Below, piece by piece: positions 7,925-18,046 of a DNA stretch of 64,000 bases. Under the pieces are notes generated by a model. It saw nothing but the letters and a program-made list of their open reading frames with translations. It searched no databases and was not told the DNA's origin. The translations under genes and the position numbers were made by a program. Every line of letters starts with the position of its first letter. Position 1 is the first letter of the stretch. This DNA is from an uncultured Gammaproteobacteria bacterium (GTDB lineage Bacteria; Patescibacteriota; Microgenomatia; Levybacterales; GWA1-39-11). Location: positions 24,074 through 88,073 of the forward strand of contig CAYVKP010000002.1 of assembly GCA_964452165.1 (NCBI GenBank). The letters are read 5' to 3'.

Positions 7925-8200
7925 ATGAGAAACTATCAATTGGTATTAGTTTTAAAATCAGATTTAAAAAAAGATCAAAAAGAAAAATTATTTAGCGACG
8001 TCAAAGCCTGGGTAGGGGAGACCAAGAATGACAAGATGGAATCCCTGGGTGAGAAAAAGTTTGCCTACCCAATAAAATCAGCCCGTAAAGGCGAATACGT
8101 AGTCATGTCTTTTGATACTGAAAAAGTGGACAACGATCTTAACAAGAAGCTTTTAATAAGAGATGAAATTTTGCGACACCTTCTCGTTAGAACAAATTAA
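7925..8200 (+). CDS. rpsF: 30S ribosomal protein S6
   Basis: MRNYQL..., GEKKFAYPI, ILRHLLV; rpsF-ssb-rpsR order. Confidence 0.95.
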   Translation: MRNYQLVLVLKSDLKKDQKEKLFSDVKAWVGETKNDKMESLGEKKFAYPIKSARKGEYVVMSFDTEKVDNDLNKKLLIRDEILRHLLVRTN

Positions 8201-8270
8201 CGAGAATAACCAATTAACAAAATTAATAGTTAATTTGTAAATTGGTCAATTTGTTAAAAGTTAAAATAAT

Positions 8271-8768
8271 ATGGCAAGAAGTCTTAATAAGGTAGAGTTG
8301 ATTGGAAATCTTACGCGCGATCCGGAATTGCGATACACACCGCAAGGAACGGCAGTTTGTACATTCGGTCTTGCAACAAATAGATCCTGGGTTACTGATT
8401 CAGGTGAAAAGAAAGAAGAAGCGGAATTTCACAGAATTGTTGCATGGAATAAGCTGGCAGAGCTTTGTTCGCAATTGTTAACAAAAGGAAGAAAGATTTA
8501 CGTCGAAGGAAGACTTGCGAATAGAAGTTGGACCGGACAAGATGGAGCGCAAAAAAACGTTACAGAAATTGTCATCAACGATATGATAATTCTTGATAAT
8601 AAGCGCGAAGGAGCAGGGGCAGAAGAAGCTGTACCAATGCCTGAAGAGGCCCAAGACAGCTCTATACCGGCGGAAGCGGCAGCTCCTAAAAAAAGCCCAA
8701 AAGTTGAAAAGGAACCGAAGCAAAGAGCGGAGTCTGAAGATGTAAATCCGGACGATATACCTTTCTAA
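8271..8768 (+). CDS. ssb: Single-stranded DNA-binding protein
   Basis: [19 protein letters not shown]; C-terminal DDIPF. Confidence 0.98.
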   Translation: MARSLNKVELIGNLTRDPELRYTPQGTAVCTFGLATNRSWVTDSGEKKEEAEFHRIVAWNKLAELCSQLLTKGRKIYVEGRLANRSWTGQDGAQKNVTEIVINDMIILDNKREGAGAEEAVPMPEEAQDSSIPAEAAAPKKSPKVEKEPKQRAESEDVNPDDIPF

Positions 8769-8794
8769 CATTTAACAAATTTATAATTAAAAAT

Positions 8795-9043
8795 ATGGCA
8801 AAAGAACAAAAAAGAAGTACAAAGAGAAAACAGGAAGTGAAAATGGATTGTTTTTTCTGCAAAGAAAAAAAAGAGCCAAGCTTTTTGGAGCAGGAAATGC
8901 TGAGCCGTTTTGTAAGCGAAAGAGGCAAAATAATGGCACGTACAAGGACCGGTCTTTGCAGCAAGCATCAGAGAAAATTGACGTCTGAGGTAAAACGCGC
9001 CCGCTATCTTGCTTTTCTCCCCTTTGTGGTCAGACCCGAGTAA
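8795..9043 (+). CDS. rpsR: 30S ribosomal protein S18
   Basis: CFFC...[20 protein letters not shown]; Zn-binding type. Confidence 0.96.
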   Translation: MAKEQKRSTKRKQEVKMDCFFCKEKKEPSFLEQEMLSRFVSERGKIMARTRTGLCSKHQRKLTSEVKRARYLAFLPFVVRPE

Positions 9044-9125
9044 TTCTTGACTCTTGATCCCGTCAATCAAACCTAGTATTATTTAATTCTGTCCTCCTTC
9101 GCTCTTCGGGCTTGGGGGATTGAAA

Positions 9126-10406
9126 ATGAGGAAATTCGTTAATCTTCGTATATTCCATATTCTCATAATAGTAGTAGTCGCAGCTTTCGTTGGATATTTA
9201 ATTGGAGTCAATAAGATAAATATTGAGCTTAAAAACTATAGACCGATTGTCTCAATTTACCCCAAAGCTCCTCCTCCCGGCCAGAGCCTGAATCTTTCTC
9301 TTTTCTATCAAATTCTTGATAAGGTGAATCAAAGTTATTATGACAAGTCCAAGGTTAGTTCGGACAAGATTCTTCAGGGAGCAATCGACGGAATGCTGTC
9401 AACACTAGGCGATCCCTACACATCCTTTTTCCCTCCCGCAAGAAACTCAGATTTCAAAACACAGCTGGCCGGTCAGTTCTCGGGAATCGGCGCAGAACTA
9501 TCGTTATCAAACGATAAGAGAATTATAGTTGTATCCCCACTTGATGGATCTCCCGCGCAAAAAGCAGGGCTTGCTGCAGGAGATTTAGTACTTAAGGTGA
9601 ACGGTGAGGATACCTCCGGTTGGGAAGTCTCCCAAGCAGTCGATAAGATTAGAGGGCCAAAGGGAAGCTCTGTGGATCTTCAAATTCAACACGAGAAGAG
9701 TAAAAACCCTGTAGACGTAAAAATAGTTAGAGATACAATTGTTATCAAAAGTGTAGCATCATGGGTGAAAGATTATTCTTGCAGCAAAGACACATGTCAG
9801 GAAAAGACCGGATCACAAACGGTTGCGTATATTAGACTTTCCCAGTTTGGGGATAACACAAATGATGAATGGATTTCAGCGGTCAATGGCATTAACAATA
9901 AGATTTCCGGCAAAAAACTTAAAGGAGTTATTCTGGACCTTAGAAATAATCCTGGAGGATATCTTAATGACGCAGTCTTTATTGCCTCAGAATTTATAAA
10001 GAGTGGAGTAGTGGTTATCCAGGAAGATGGTGCAGGACAGAAAGATCCCATGTCAGTATCGCGCCATGGAACATTAACGGATTATCCCATAATTGTTCTT
10101 ATCAACAAAGGTTCGGCTTCTGCTTCTGAAATTGTCGCCGGCGCACTCCGTGATAACGGACGAGCAAAATTACTTGGAGATGTCTCGTTTGGGAAAGGGA
10201 CAGTTCAGCAGGCAATTGACCTTGATGGTGGAGGAAGCGTTCATATCTCCGTTGCCAAATGGTTAACGCCCGCCGGAACGTGGGTTAATAAGGTTGGTTT
10301 GAAGCCCGACATTTCTGTTCCGTTTGATGCCTCAAAAAGCTCAAAGCTTATTCCTCAAAAGCTTGATAATCAACTCCAAGCAGCAATCATCGAGCTTTTG
10401 AAGTAA
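9126..10406 (+). CDS. ctpA: S41 family carboxy-terminal processing protease
   Basis: GDPYT, PDZ, LDLRNNPGG, SASASEI and SFGKGTVQ motifs. Confidence 0.93.
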   Translation: MRKFVNLRIFHILIIVVVAAFVGYLIGVNKINIELKNYRPIVSIYPKAPPPGQSLNLSLFYQILDKVNQSYYDKSKVSSDKILQGAIDGMLSTLGDPYTSFFPPARNSDFKTQLAGQFSGIGAELSLSNDKRIIVVSPLDGSPAQKAGLAAGDLVLKVNGEDTSGWEVSQAVDKIRGPKGSSVDLQIQHEKSKNPVDVKIVRDTIVIKSVASWVKDYSCSKDTCQEKTGSQTVAYIRLSQFGDNTNDEWISAVNGINNKISGKKLKGVILDLRNNPGGYLNDAVFIASEFIKSGVVVIQEDGAGQKDPMSVSRHGTLTDYPIIVLINKGSASASEIVAGALRDNGRAKLLGDVSFGKGTVQQAIDLDGGGSVHISVAKWLTPAGTWVNKVGLKPDISVPFDASKSSKLIPQKLDNQLQAAIIELLK

Positions 10407-10452
10407 ATTAAAGCTTCTTCCATACCAATCTCTATTTTGTTAAAATTACACC

Positions 10453-11043
10453 ATGGTTAAAGCAGAACATTATAGGTTTGCAGAGCAACAAATGCGAGAG
10501 TTCAGGGTTCATACAATTGCAGTACGAATCACTAAAGTTGATCGACTTGCTGATCAGATAGACGAAATAGATAGGAAAAATCCTGTAGTAAGGCTGTTTC
10601 AAAGAAGCGCCTTTGCGAGAGGATTGCTTGTCTCACGTATCGAACAAGAGGCTAGAGTAACAGATGATCAGGCAAAAACAGTAGACCTTATTGATGCGGC
10701 GGTGGGTTTGAAATTTACCGGAAGGGGGCCGGTGTCGCATAAAGACCATTTTAGGAGAATGCAGGGAATTGTTAACGGTGTTGAAGTCGACCTAATAGGT
10801 AGTTTGCCTCTCTCGGCAAATTCATGGAGAGTCTCAGGTATGGTTGGAGGTAAAGATGTAACGCATTATCCTCGCAAGCCAACAAATAAAACAGTACAAG
10901 ACTTTTTTGAGAGTATGTTGCCGGTTTTGGAAGAAAGAGAGCAGATAGCACAAGCTCAGCCCTTGCTGGAAGAAATGATGAGGGTTACGAGAAAAATTGC
11001 AAGAAGAGGAAACATTGGGGGTGTCCACCGAAGAAAACAATGA
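10453..11043 (+). CDS. Hypothetical protein
   Basis: 196-aa ORF; TAAAAT-6 nt-ATG; ATGA overlap with cysS. Confidence 0.7.
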   Translation: MVKAEHYRFAEQQMREFRVHTIAVRITKVDRLADQIDEIDRKNPVVRLFQRSAFARGLLVSRIEQEARVTDDQAKTVDLIDAAVGLKFTGRGPVSHKDHFRRMQGIVNGVEVDLIGSLPLSANSWRVSGMVGGKDVTHYPRKPTNKTVQDFFESMLPVLEEREQIAQAQPLLEEMMRVTRKIARRGNIGGVHRRKQ

Positions 11044-12428
11044 AGCTATATAACACACTTAGTCGTTCTCTTGAAGAGTTTGAGCCATTAAATCCACCCA
11101 AAGTTGGAATGTATGCTTGTGGTCCAACGGTTTACGACTATACACACATTGGTCATCTTAGAAAATACATAAACGATGATATTTTGGTTAGAGTCTTGAA
11201 GGCAAATAGCTTTGACGTTCGCCACGTCATGAATATAACTGACGTTGGTCACTTGAGTTCGGATGCGGATCTTGGCGAAGACAAGCTTGAGAAGGGAGCC
11301 AAGAAAATGGGTAAGAGTGTGCTTGAAGTGGCAGGATATTTTGAGGAAGATTTTTGGAGGTCGCTTAAGGCTGTTAATGTGCCAAAGCCGGACATTATAG
11401 CCCGAGCAACAGAGCATATCGAAGACCAAATTGCCCTCATCGAGACATTGATAGACAAAGGATACACTTACCAGACTGATCAAGCGATTTATTTTGATGT
11501 TTCAAAATTTCCCGACTATACAAAGCTTTCAGGGCAATCTCTTGAAGATAAAATTACTGGTGCAAGAGGCGACGTAGTTGTGGACAATAAGAAGAAAAAT
11601 CCCGCCGATTTTGCGGTTTGGTTTTTTACGGTGGGCAGATTCGCAAGCCACGCATTGCATTGGCCGGCGCCATTCGGTGAGGGATTTCCCGGTTGGCATA
11701 TTGAGTGTTCGGCCATGTCAATGAAATATCTAGGCTTGAGTTTTGATATTCATACGGGTGGAATAGATCATGTCTCGGTTCATCATACTAATGAAATTGC
11801 CCAGAGCGAGGCGGCAACCGGTGTGCCGTTCGTAAAATATTGGGTGCATTATGCATTTCTTAATGTTGATGAGGAGAAGATGAGCAAGTCTTTGGGGAAT
11901 TTCTACAGAATTTCAGATCTTAAAAATCAGGGATTTGCCCCCATGGCTTTTCGGTACTTTACATATCAAGCACATTACAGATCCGAATTGAATTTCACTT
12001 TTGAAGCTCTGGAGTCGGCTCAGATTGCGCTTAACAAGCTCTACGAGATTGCAGCAGGATTTACTAACGTAAATAAACATGAGGACATAGAATATGAGCG
12101 GGATTTTCTTGATGCGGTAAGTCAAGATTTGAATATCCCAAAAGCCGTTTCAATCATGTGGGATATGTTAGGTTCAGATCTCAAAGATGACGTCAAGGCG
12201 GCAACACTTTTTAAAATGGACCAAGTTTTGGGTCTTAGAATTGCCGAGAACGCGAAAAGATTAACACAAATCCCTCCAAGTGTTATGAAAATGGTTGTGG
12301 AACGCGAGAAACTGCGAAAGCAAAAGAAATTCACTCAGGCAGACCATTTGAGAAATAGAATTGAGAATTTTGGATACGAAGTTAAAGACGAAGAAGGAAA
12401 AACTAAGGTACTCCGAAAACTGCAGTAG
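11040..12428 (+). CDS. cysS: Cysteine--tRNA ligase
   Basis: CGPTVY, HIGH, GWHIECSAM and KMSKS motifs. Confidence 0.98.
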   Translation: MKLYNTLSRSLEEFEPLNPPKVGMYACGPTVYDYTHIGHLRKYINDDILVRVLKANSFDVRHVMNITDVGHLSSDADLGEDKLEKGAKKMGKSVLEVAGYFEEDFWRSLKAVNVPKPDIIARATEHIEDQIALIETLIDKGYTYQTDQAIYFDVSKFPDYTKLSGQSLEDKITGARGDVVVDNKKKNPADFAVWFFTVGRFASHALHWPAPFGEGFPGWHIECSAMSMKYLGLSFDIHTGGIDHVSVHHTNEIAQSEAATGVPFVKYWVHYAFLNVDEEKMSKSLGNFYRISDLKNQGFAPMAFRYFTYQAHYRSELNFTFEALESAQIALNKLYEIAAGFTNVNKHEDIEYERDFLDAVSQDLNIPKAVSIMWDMLGSDLKDDVKAATLFKMDQVLGLRIAENAKRLTQIPPSVMKMVVEREKLRKQKKFTQADHLRNRIENFGYEVKDEEGKTKVLRKLQ

Positions 12429-12429
12429 A

Positions 12430-13227
12430 TTATTTTGTAATCGGTTGAATTTTTCCGGCAGATCCGCTTGAGACCGGTGCAACAGACGAGCTAACGCTCT
12501 CAAACTTTTTCATGAGGGATGAGGCAGGTATTGCCGCAAATACAATAACTCGCGAAGCATTTACTTGATCTTTTATTTTAGGATCCGCAAACCCTACAGC
12601 AATTATTCTCTGGTCAACCTGGATTTTTGAGAAGCCTGATTTTGTGCTTTCTCCTTTGTCGTAAGAGCTGGTTTTGGTTGATGTATCTATGTTTATTGTT
12701 TTTTTCTTCCCGTCTTCTGCCACCAGGACTAGCGTGAATTCTTTTGTGTCCTTTGAGGCAACTACTCCCTCAAGATTTAATGGAACGCTTTTTTCTTTTG
12801 ATACAAATCTTGCAAGAAGTCTTCTTGTATCTTTATTGTACAGCCCGATAACCGAAAGAGTGTCTCCATTTTTGATATCTGATATTCCAAAGCTCTGATC
12901 TGAGTCCGACTCAAACTTTGTAAGTTCATCAATATCCACCTGTCTTTCTTTTCCGTTGTCATCATTCAGGGCAATTTGAGTATTTGAAGATGTTTTGACC
13001 GTTCCAAGAATCGCGCGTTTGTCAACGAGCTTGAGTTCTGCCACTTTGCTCGCAACCAGATCCTTTATTTTCTCAATCTCTGTATCTACGGGAGTCGGGT
13101 TTTCTTTGGGTTTTGCGGTAGGAGTTACCTTGAGGGTTGGCGATGGAGTGGGAGACAGCGCGAAAGACGTAGTAGTTATTAAAAACATCATTGCTACTAT
13201 GGTTATTGCTATTGAAATCTTTTTCAT
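12430..13227 (-). CDS. Secreted protein with tandem beta/OB-like repeats (DUF5666-like)
   Basis: Signal peptide, PT-rich linker, two similar domains (FGISDIKNGD vs FSKIQVDQ). Confidence 0.7.
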   Translation of the reverse strand: MKKISIAITIVAMMFLITTTSFALSPTPSPTLKVTPTAKPKENPTPVDTEIEKIKDLVASKVAELKLVDKRAILGTVKTSSNTQIALNDDNGKERQVDIDELTKFESDSDQSFGISDIKNGDTLSVIGLYNKDTRRLLARFVSKEKSVPLNLEGVVASKDTKEFTLVLVAEDGKKKTINIDTSTKTSSYDKGESTKSGFSKIQVDQRIIAVGFADPKIKDQVNASRVIVFAAIPASSLMKKFESVSSSVAPVSSGSAGKIQPITK

Positions 13228-13650
13228 TTAAAAATCTTCAGTTGAGAAAGTAACGACTCGTGTATCTTGCGCTTCTTCTCCATTCTCACCAATTGCTCGC
13301 GTAATTATTCTATTTGCGCCGGCATCGATAGTAATAGTCACTGAGAAATTGCCGTCATTTGACGGGTTTGCAACAACATCCTCCTGATTTGTGGAGACGA
13401 CAATTGTAGTCCCGGGGTTGGCTTTTCCCTTAACTTGAATAGAGCGTCTATCAGATATTGACTCGTCTGTCGGCGAATTGACAACCAGATACAGAGAGCT
13501 TTTGGGAGTAGGGGTAACATCGTTTATAGCGGTCACGTGATTTGATTTCTGAGGTATGTTTTTTGTTTGTTGGTAGAGGAAAAAGATGAGTGTTGTAACG
13601 AGCAGCCCAATTGCGATTGCAATAAAAACAATTATGACTTTCTCCCGCAT
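13228..13650 (-). CDS. Membrane-anchored Ig-like domain protein
   Basis: Likely start MREKVII; TM; VKGKANPG...DGNFSVTITIDAGAN Ig-like pattern. Confidence 0.75.
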   Translation of the reverse strand: MREKVIIVFIAIAIGLLVTTLIFFLYQQTKNIPQKSNHVTAINDVTPTPKSSLYLVVNSPTDESISDRRSIQVKGKANPGTTIVVSTNQEDVVANPSNDGNFSVTITIDAGANRIITRAIGENGEEAQDTRVVTFSTEDF

Positions 13651-13768
13651 ACACTTCGACTTGTTGTGAAGATCTAAGTCTTGGTGCAAGCCGTGCCCAA
13701 TATGATAGTCCAAAAAGGATCTCTTGTCAAGGAAGCTCAAACTGTGATAGGATAGAATTCCTAAAAAT

Positions 13769-14260
13769 ATGGAAGTCTCAAGTGTCGGTCCCAAAAACCT
13801 AAAAATCAAATCAAAAAACGCCAATTTTATCATAAATCCTACAGGAAAAGTTGACACGGAAGTCGTCATCTTCACGGACAAACCGGGTAGTTACACCGGA
13901 ATGTCTCAGAATTTAATTATTGATGGTCCGGGAGAGTATGAAGTGTCGGGAGTAAGCATAAAAGGCGAGAAGACGGGAAGCGGAGTATCTTTTGATTTTC
14001 TTGAAGAAAACCAAAACCTTCTGGTTTTAGCAAACACTGCAGCAGCAAAATCCAAAGACGTGGAAGGATATACTGCGGTTGTTGTTTTGGCCGATGATAA
14101 AGTTGACAACGCTCTCGCGTCTCTAACTTCTGAGGTTATCGCAGTTGCGGGTACTGATGAGGTTTTGCCTTCTGAAAGAGAAAATGTAAGAAAAGTAGAA
14201 AAATTGAATCTTAAGAAAGTAGAAGAATATAAAGGCTTAATAGTTCATCTCTCAAAATAA
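13769..14260 (+). CDS. Degenerate MBL-fold (Lactamase_B_3-like) protein
   Basis: IDGPGEYEVSGVSIKG motif; no HxHxDH. Confidence 0.7.
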   Translation: MEVSSVGPKNLKIKSKNANFIINPTGKVDTEVVIFTDKPGSYTGMSQNLIIDGPGEYEVSGVSIKGEKTGSGVSFDFLEENQNLLVLANTAAAKSKDVEGYTAVVVLADDKVDNALASLTSEVIAVAGTDEVLPSERENVRKVEKLNLKKVEEYKGLIVHLSK

Positions 14261-14272
14261 CTCAGTAAGTAT

Positions 14273-15607
14273 ATGGCAGGACAAAGAATTCCCCCACATA
14301 GTGAGGAAGCAGAACAGGCGGTACTCGGTGCAATTCTCATTGATCATGAGGCAATAAATTCTGTTGTTCAAATTGTAAAAGCAGGCTTTTTTTATAATGG
14401 TCGCAATAAATTAATTTTTGAGACAATGGTTTCGCTATACGAGGAGAGAAAACCAATTGATCTTCTTACTTTAACCCATGCCCTCAAAAAAAAGAAAATA
14501 TATGAGGATGTTGGAGGATCCGAATATCTGACATCTCTTGCGTCTGCTGTCCCAACGGCTGCCAACATTGAGCATTATGCTCAAATTCTTAAGGAAGCAT
14601 ACATTCGTCGGTCACTCGTGACAATTGCTGCCAACATGACAGATCTTTCTTTTTCTGAGGATAAACCCTCGGGAGAACTTCTTGATACCGTTGAACAGAC
14701 AATATTTTCCATTTCTCAGGAAAATGTAAAGCAGGGGTTTGTTCACGTTAAAGATGCTCTTGCGGAAAGCTTCGATAAGCTAGACGAGCTTCATAAGAGG
14801 CAATCTGCTTACCGCGGGATCGAGACGGGATTTGTAGATTTGGATCTTCTCTTGTCGGGTCTTCAGGATTCAAACCTTATAGTTTTGGCCGCGCGTCCGG
14901 GACAAGGAAAAACCGCCTTTGTTATTAATATTGCCCAGCACATTTCAACAGTTAATAAAATTCCCGTAGGTGTTTTTTCACTTGAAATGAGCAAGGAGGA
15001 GCTTGTTGATCGTTTGCTTATTTCACAAGCAAATATCGACGCCTGGAAACTCAAGACAGGTAAACTGTCAGATGATGATTTTGAAAAACTGTCATCTGCA
15101 ATGGGAGAACTGGCTGAATCCCCTATATTTATAGATGATACTCCGGGAATTTCGATAGCCGAGATAAGAAGCAAGGCAAGACGCCTTCAGATGGAACACG
15201 GAATGAAAATGTTAATAGTCGATTATCTTCAGCTCATAAATCCGGGGAGACGTTTTGAAAATCGCGTGCAGGAGGTTACATATATATCTACCTCGCTTAA
15301 AAATTTAGCTCGTGAACTTAAAATCCCAGTTCTTGCCGTTTCTCAGCTTTCACGTGCAGTAGAGCATAGAGGAGAGCGAAAGCCACAACTTGCGGATCTT
15401 CGTGAATCGGGATCAATCGAACAGGACGCAGACGTTGTTATGTTTCTCTACACAAAAGACGAGGAATTTACCCCGCAAAGAATTGTTAGTATTAACATTG
15501 CAAAACATAGAAATGGCCCAGTTGGCGAACGGGAGCTTCTTTTCCGCGGAGACAGAATTAAATTCTTCAATATTGAACACACGCAGACGGAAGCGACTGC
15601 AAACTAA
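14273..15607 (+). CDS. dnaB: Replicative DNA helicase
   Basis: PPHSEEAEQAVLG, ARPGQGKT, VDYLQL and DLRESGSIEQDAD; no intein. Confidence 0.98.
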   Translation: MAGQRIPPHSEEAEQAVLGAILIDHEAINSVVQIVKAGFFYNGRNKLIFETMVSLYEERKPIDLLTLTHALKKKKIYEDVGGSEYLTSLASAVPTAANIEHYAQILKEAYIRRSLVTIAANMTDLSFSEDKPSGELLDTVEQTIFSISQENVKQGFVHVKDALAESFDKLDELHKRQSAYRGIETGFVDLDLLLSGLQDSNLIVLAARPGQGKTAFVINIAQHISTVNKIPVGVFSLEMSKEELVDRLLISQANIDAWKLKTGKLSDDDFEKLSSAMGELAESPIFIDDTPGISIAEIRSKARRLQMEHGMKMLIVDYLQLINPGRRFENRVQEVTYISTSLKNLARELKIPVLAVSQLSRAVEHRGERKPQLADLRESGSIEQDADVVMFLYTKDEEFTPQRIVSINIAKHRNGPVGERELLFRGDRIKFFNIEHTQTEATAN

Positions 15608-15698
15608 CCTCGGGTTTTAGTATAATTGTCGGATGTCGATCTCGTTTTGTGCCAGTTTCAGCTTGTTTGAACCTGGTACTGAGGAGTTTTACGATGAG

Positions 15699-15769
15699 GG
15701 GCCTATGGTTCAGTGGTAGAACAGGGCATTCGCATTGCCCAGACGCCAGTCCGATTCTGGCTAGGTCCA
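15699..15769 (+). tRNA. tRNA-Ala(CGC)
   Basis: Acceptor GGGCCTA/TAGGTCC with G3-U70; anticodon arm GGGCA-TT CGC AT-TGCCC; no encoded CCA. Confidence 0.9.
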
Positions 15770-15772
15770 CAA

Positions 15773-16333
15773 TTAATTTAGAGAAGAAACAAATTCCCTG
15801 ACTTTTTCTCGCAGCTCCTCAATGGTACCATTGTTTTCAATGATTATATTCGCAAGCTTTAGACATTCACCAACTTGTTGCGCGTATTCGCCGGTTTGCG
15901 CAAGTTCACGATCGTCAAGCTCTTTAAACTGATCAAATGTTATATCTTCATTCATAAGGCCTCTGTGTTTAAGTCTCTCATAACGTGTTTTTTGATCTGC
16001 ATCAATTCCCATAACCCTGGCGTCGTATTTTGATTTTAAAAATTCGATTTCATGAGGGTTTCGGGCTCCGTCAATTACAACAAGCTCGGGATTTTCCCTA
16101 TCAATTACATCCGCATTTCTTCTAGCCCACACGTCTGGGCCAATATTTTTTCTGAGCTCATTGGAAATTTCATTAAGAGTGAATCTTGTGACTTCCTGTC
16201 CGCGATTTTTAATTTCTTCCTTGATTCTGTCTGAGAAAGAGTAGGGCACATATCCCATTTCTTTGAGAATCTCAACAAGAGTTCCCTTTCCGGCAGCAAT
16301 AGGTCCTACAATGCAAATTACGCTTTTAACCAT
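15773..16333 (-). CDS. P-loop nucleotide kinase (dephospho-CoA/NMP kinase-like)
   Basis: GPIAAGKGT Walker A; IDGARNPHE; IIENNGT. Confidence 0.8.
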   Translation of the reverse strand: MVKSVICIVGPIAAGKGTLVEILKEMGYVPYSFSDRIKEEIKNRGQEVTRFTLNEISNELRKNIGPDVWARRNADVIDRENPELVVIDGARNPHEIEFLKSKYDARVMGIDADQKTRYERLKHRGLMNEDITFDQFKELDDRELAQTGEYAQQVGECLKLANIIIENNGTIEELREKVREFVSSLN

Positions 16334-16384
16334 TCCGATATTTTAAAATTTAACTAAATTTAAATCAATGAAGATATAAATATG

Positions 16385-16467
16385 TGGGCGAGGAGGGAGT
16401 CGAACCCACACAGCCTTGCGACTAGTAGTTTTTGAGACTACCGCGTATACCATTCCGCCACTCGCCC
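16385..16467 (-). tRNA. tRNA-Leu(CAA)
   Basis: GGGCGAG acceptor, GTAGT-CT CAA AA-ACTAC anticodon arm, long variable arm, GGTTCGA T loop. Confidence 0.93.
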
Positions 16468-16520
16468 ATATATCCGTTCAAGATTGAGTTTTGAACCTAC
16501 ATATTATATAATTTCAGGAT

Positions 16521-17486
16521 ATGACAATTCAAGAAATATACGATTTAGCAATTGAAATGGCGACAAAAGCAGATCCAAGAGGCGTTGAAAAAGTTAAGAG
16601 AGTACTCGAGAAGAGGAAAAAAGCATTTAAGGAATTAAAAGAAGACAAAAAGAAATTTTTTGACCCCGAGACCTTAACAAATCCGTACTCCGATTCAAGA
16701 ATCTTGTATGGAGATCCAAAAACAAAAGTTAAAAAACTTATGGCAGGCATTGATGCAGACGCAGCTGAAGTCCTTATTATGGATAGGCTTAATCAACTTG
16801 GAAAAAAGATTGATCTTTTGATATCTCACCATCCGAGTGGACACGCATTGGCCTCGCTTCACGAGGTTATGGATATGCAGATTGATATGGCCGCCGCAAG
16901 TGGGGTTCCTGAAAATGTTGCAGATGCGATTATGAACAACAGAATGAATATTGTTCAGCGAAGGATCAGTCCCATCAATCATGGACAAGCGGTTGATGCC
17001 GCAAGGCTTTTGGGTATTCCACTTTTATCACTCCATACAATTTGGGATAACCTCGGAGACTTCTTTACAAAAAATTATTTAACTAAAAAGAAGCTCGATA
17101 CCGCAGGTGACGTTCTTGAATACATTAAAGAAATTCCGGAGTTCGTAGAATCTACAAGAGGAAAAGCCGGACCGTTTATCGCAGCTGGAAGTGCAAGCAG
17201 ACGTGCAGGAAGAATCGCAGTTACTTTCACAGGTGGAACAAATCCTTCAAAAGAATTTTACGCAGAGTTGGCCAAAGCTGGAGTAGGGACCTTGGTTGAG
17301 ATGCATGTTCCGGAGGATTCGGTTGAAGTCATAAACAAAAGCCATATGAATGTTATCGATGCGGGACACATGGCAGCCGATTCAATTGGTGCAAATATTT
17401 TCTTTGATGAGCTTGAAAGACGCGGAGTAGAAATTGTTCCTTGCTCGGGCCTCATTCGTATCAGGCGAAAGGAAAAGTTTGTATGA
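16521..17486 (+). CDS. NIF3 (NGG1p-interacting factor 3)-like protein
   Basis: NPYSDSRIL, MAGID, SHHP, HTIWDN, VEMH and AGHMAADSIG metal-site motifs. Confidence 0.85.
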   Translation: MTIQEIYDLAIEMATKADPRGVEKVKRVLEKRKKAFKELKEDKKKFFDPETLTNPYSDSRILYGDPKTKVKKLMAGIDADAAEVLIMDRLNQLGKKIDLLISHHPSGHALASLHEVMDMQIDMAAASGVPENVADAIMNNRMNIVQRRISPINHGQAVDAARLLGIPLLSLHTIWDNLGDFFTKNYLTKKKLDTAGDVLEYIKEIPEFVESTRGKAGPFIAAGSASRRAGRIAVTFTGGTNPSKEFYAELAKAGVGTLVEMHVPEDSVEVINKSHMNVIDAGHMAADSIGANIFFDELERRGVEIVPCSGLIRIRRKEKFV

Positions 17487-18037
17487 TCTCCGTTAATGAG
17501 CTTCGTGCCGGTACCGCATACGAAGAGGACGGCAATCTCTATAAGGTTCTGGCATTTGAACACATAAAAATGGGTAGGGGCTCTGCCAATATAAAAGTTA
17601 AGGTAAAAAATCTCCGCTCGGGATCAACAACTGAAAAAGGGTACACAAATGGCGCTTTTGTTGATGATATAAACTTGGTGAAACGCGAATTTCAATTTCT
17701 ATACAAAGACGGAGATAGTGCATATTTTATGGATCCGAGAACTTTCGAGCAAAAAGTAGTACCTCTCAAAACCTTATCGGGCATAGAATTCTTGAAGGAA
17801 ACCGAGACTGTATATCTTGAGTTCAGCGGAGATGAGGCGCTTGACCTAATTCTACCACCAAAAATTACCCTGAAGGTTGCGGATACCACTCCGGGAGTGA
17901 AAGGGAATTCCGCCTCAAATGTCTATAAAGACGCAACACTTGAAAACGGCATAACAACTCGCGTACCATTATTTATAAACTTAGGTGATAGTATTGTTGT
18001 TGACACAAGAGATGGCAGCTATACAAAACGCGCTTAG
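17483..18037 (+). CDS. efp: Elongation factor P
   Basis: KMGRG loop, PGVKGNS, KDATLENG and VPLFI; start MISVNEL overlaps the upstream TGA. Confidence 0.96.
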   Translation: MISVNELRAGTAYEEDGNLYKVLAFEHIKMGRGSANIKVKVKNLRSGSTTEKGYTNGAFVDDINLVKREFQFLYKDGDSAYFMDPRTFEQKVVPLKTLSGIEFLKETETVYLEFSGDEALDLILPPKITLKVADTTPGVKGNSASNVYKDATLENGITTRVPLFINLGDSIVVDTRDGSYTKRA

Positions 18038-18046
18038 TCCCACCCA

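Noticed and set aside
13651-13881. N-terminal extension of ORF 13228-13881
   Set aside because: It overlaps the divergent gene and promoter region; MREKVII at 13650 is the plausible start
15567-15770. 67-aa minus-strand ORF
   Set aside because: Antisense to tRNA-Ala and the end of dnaB
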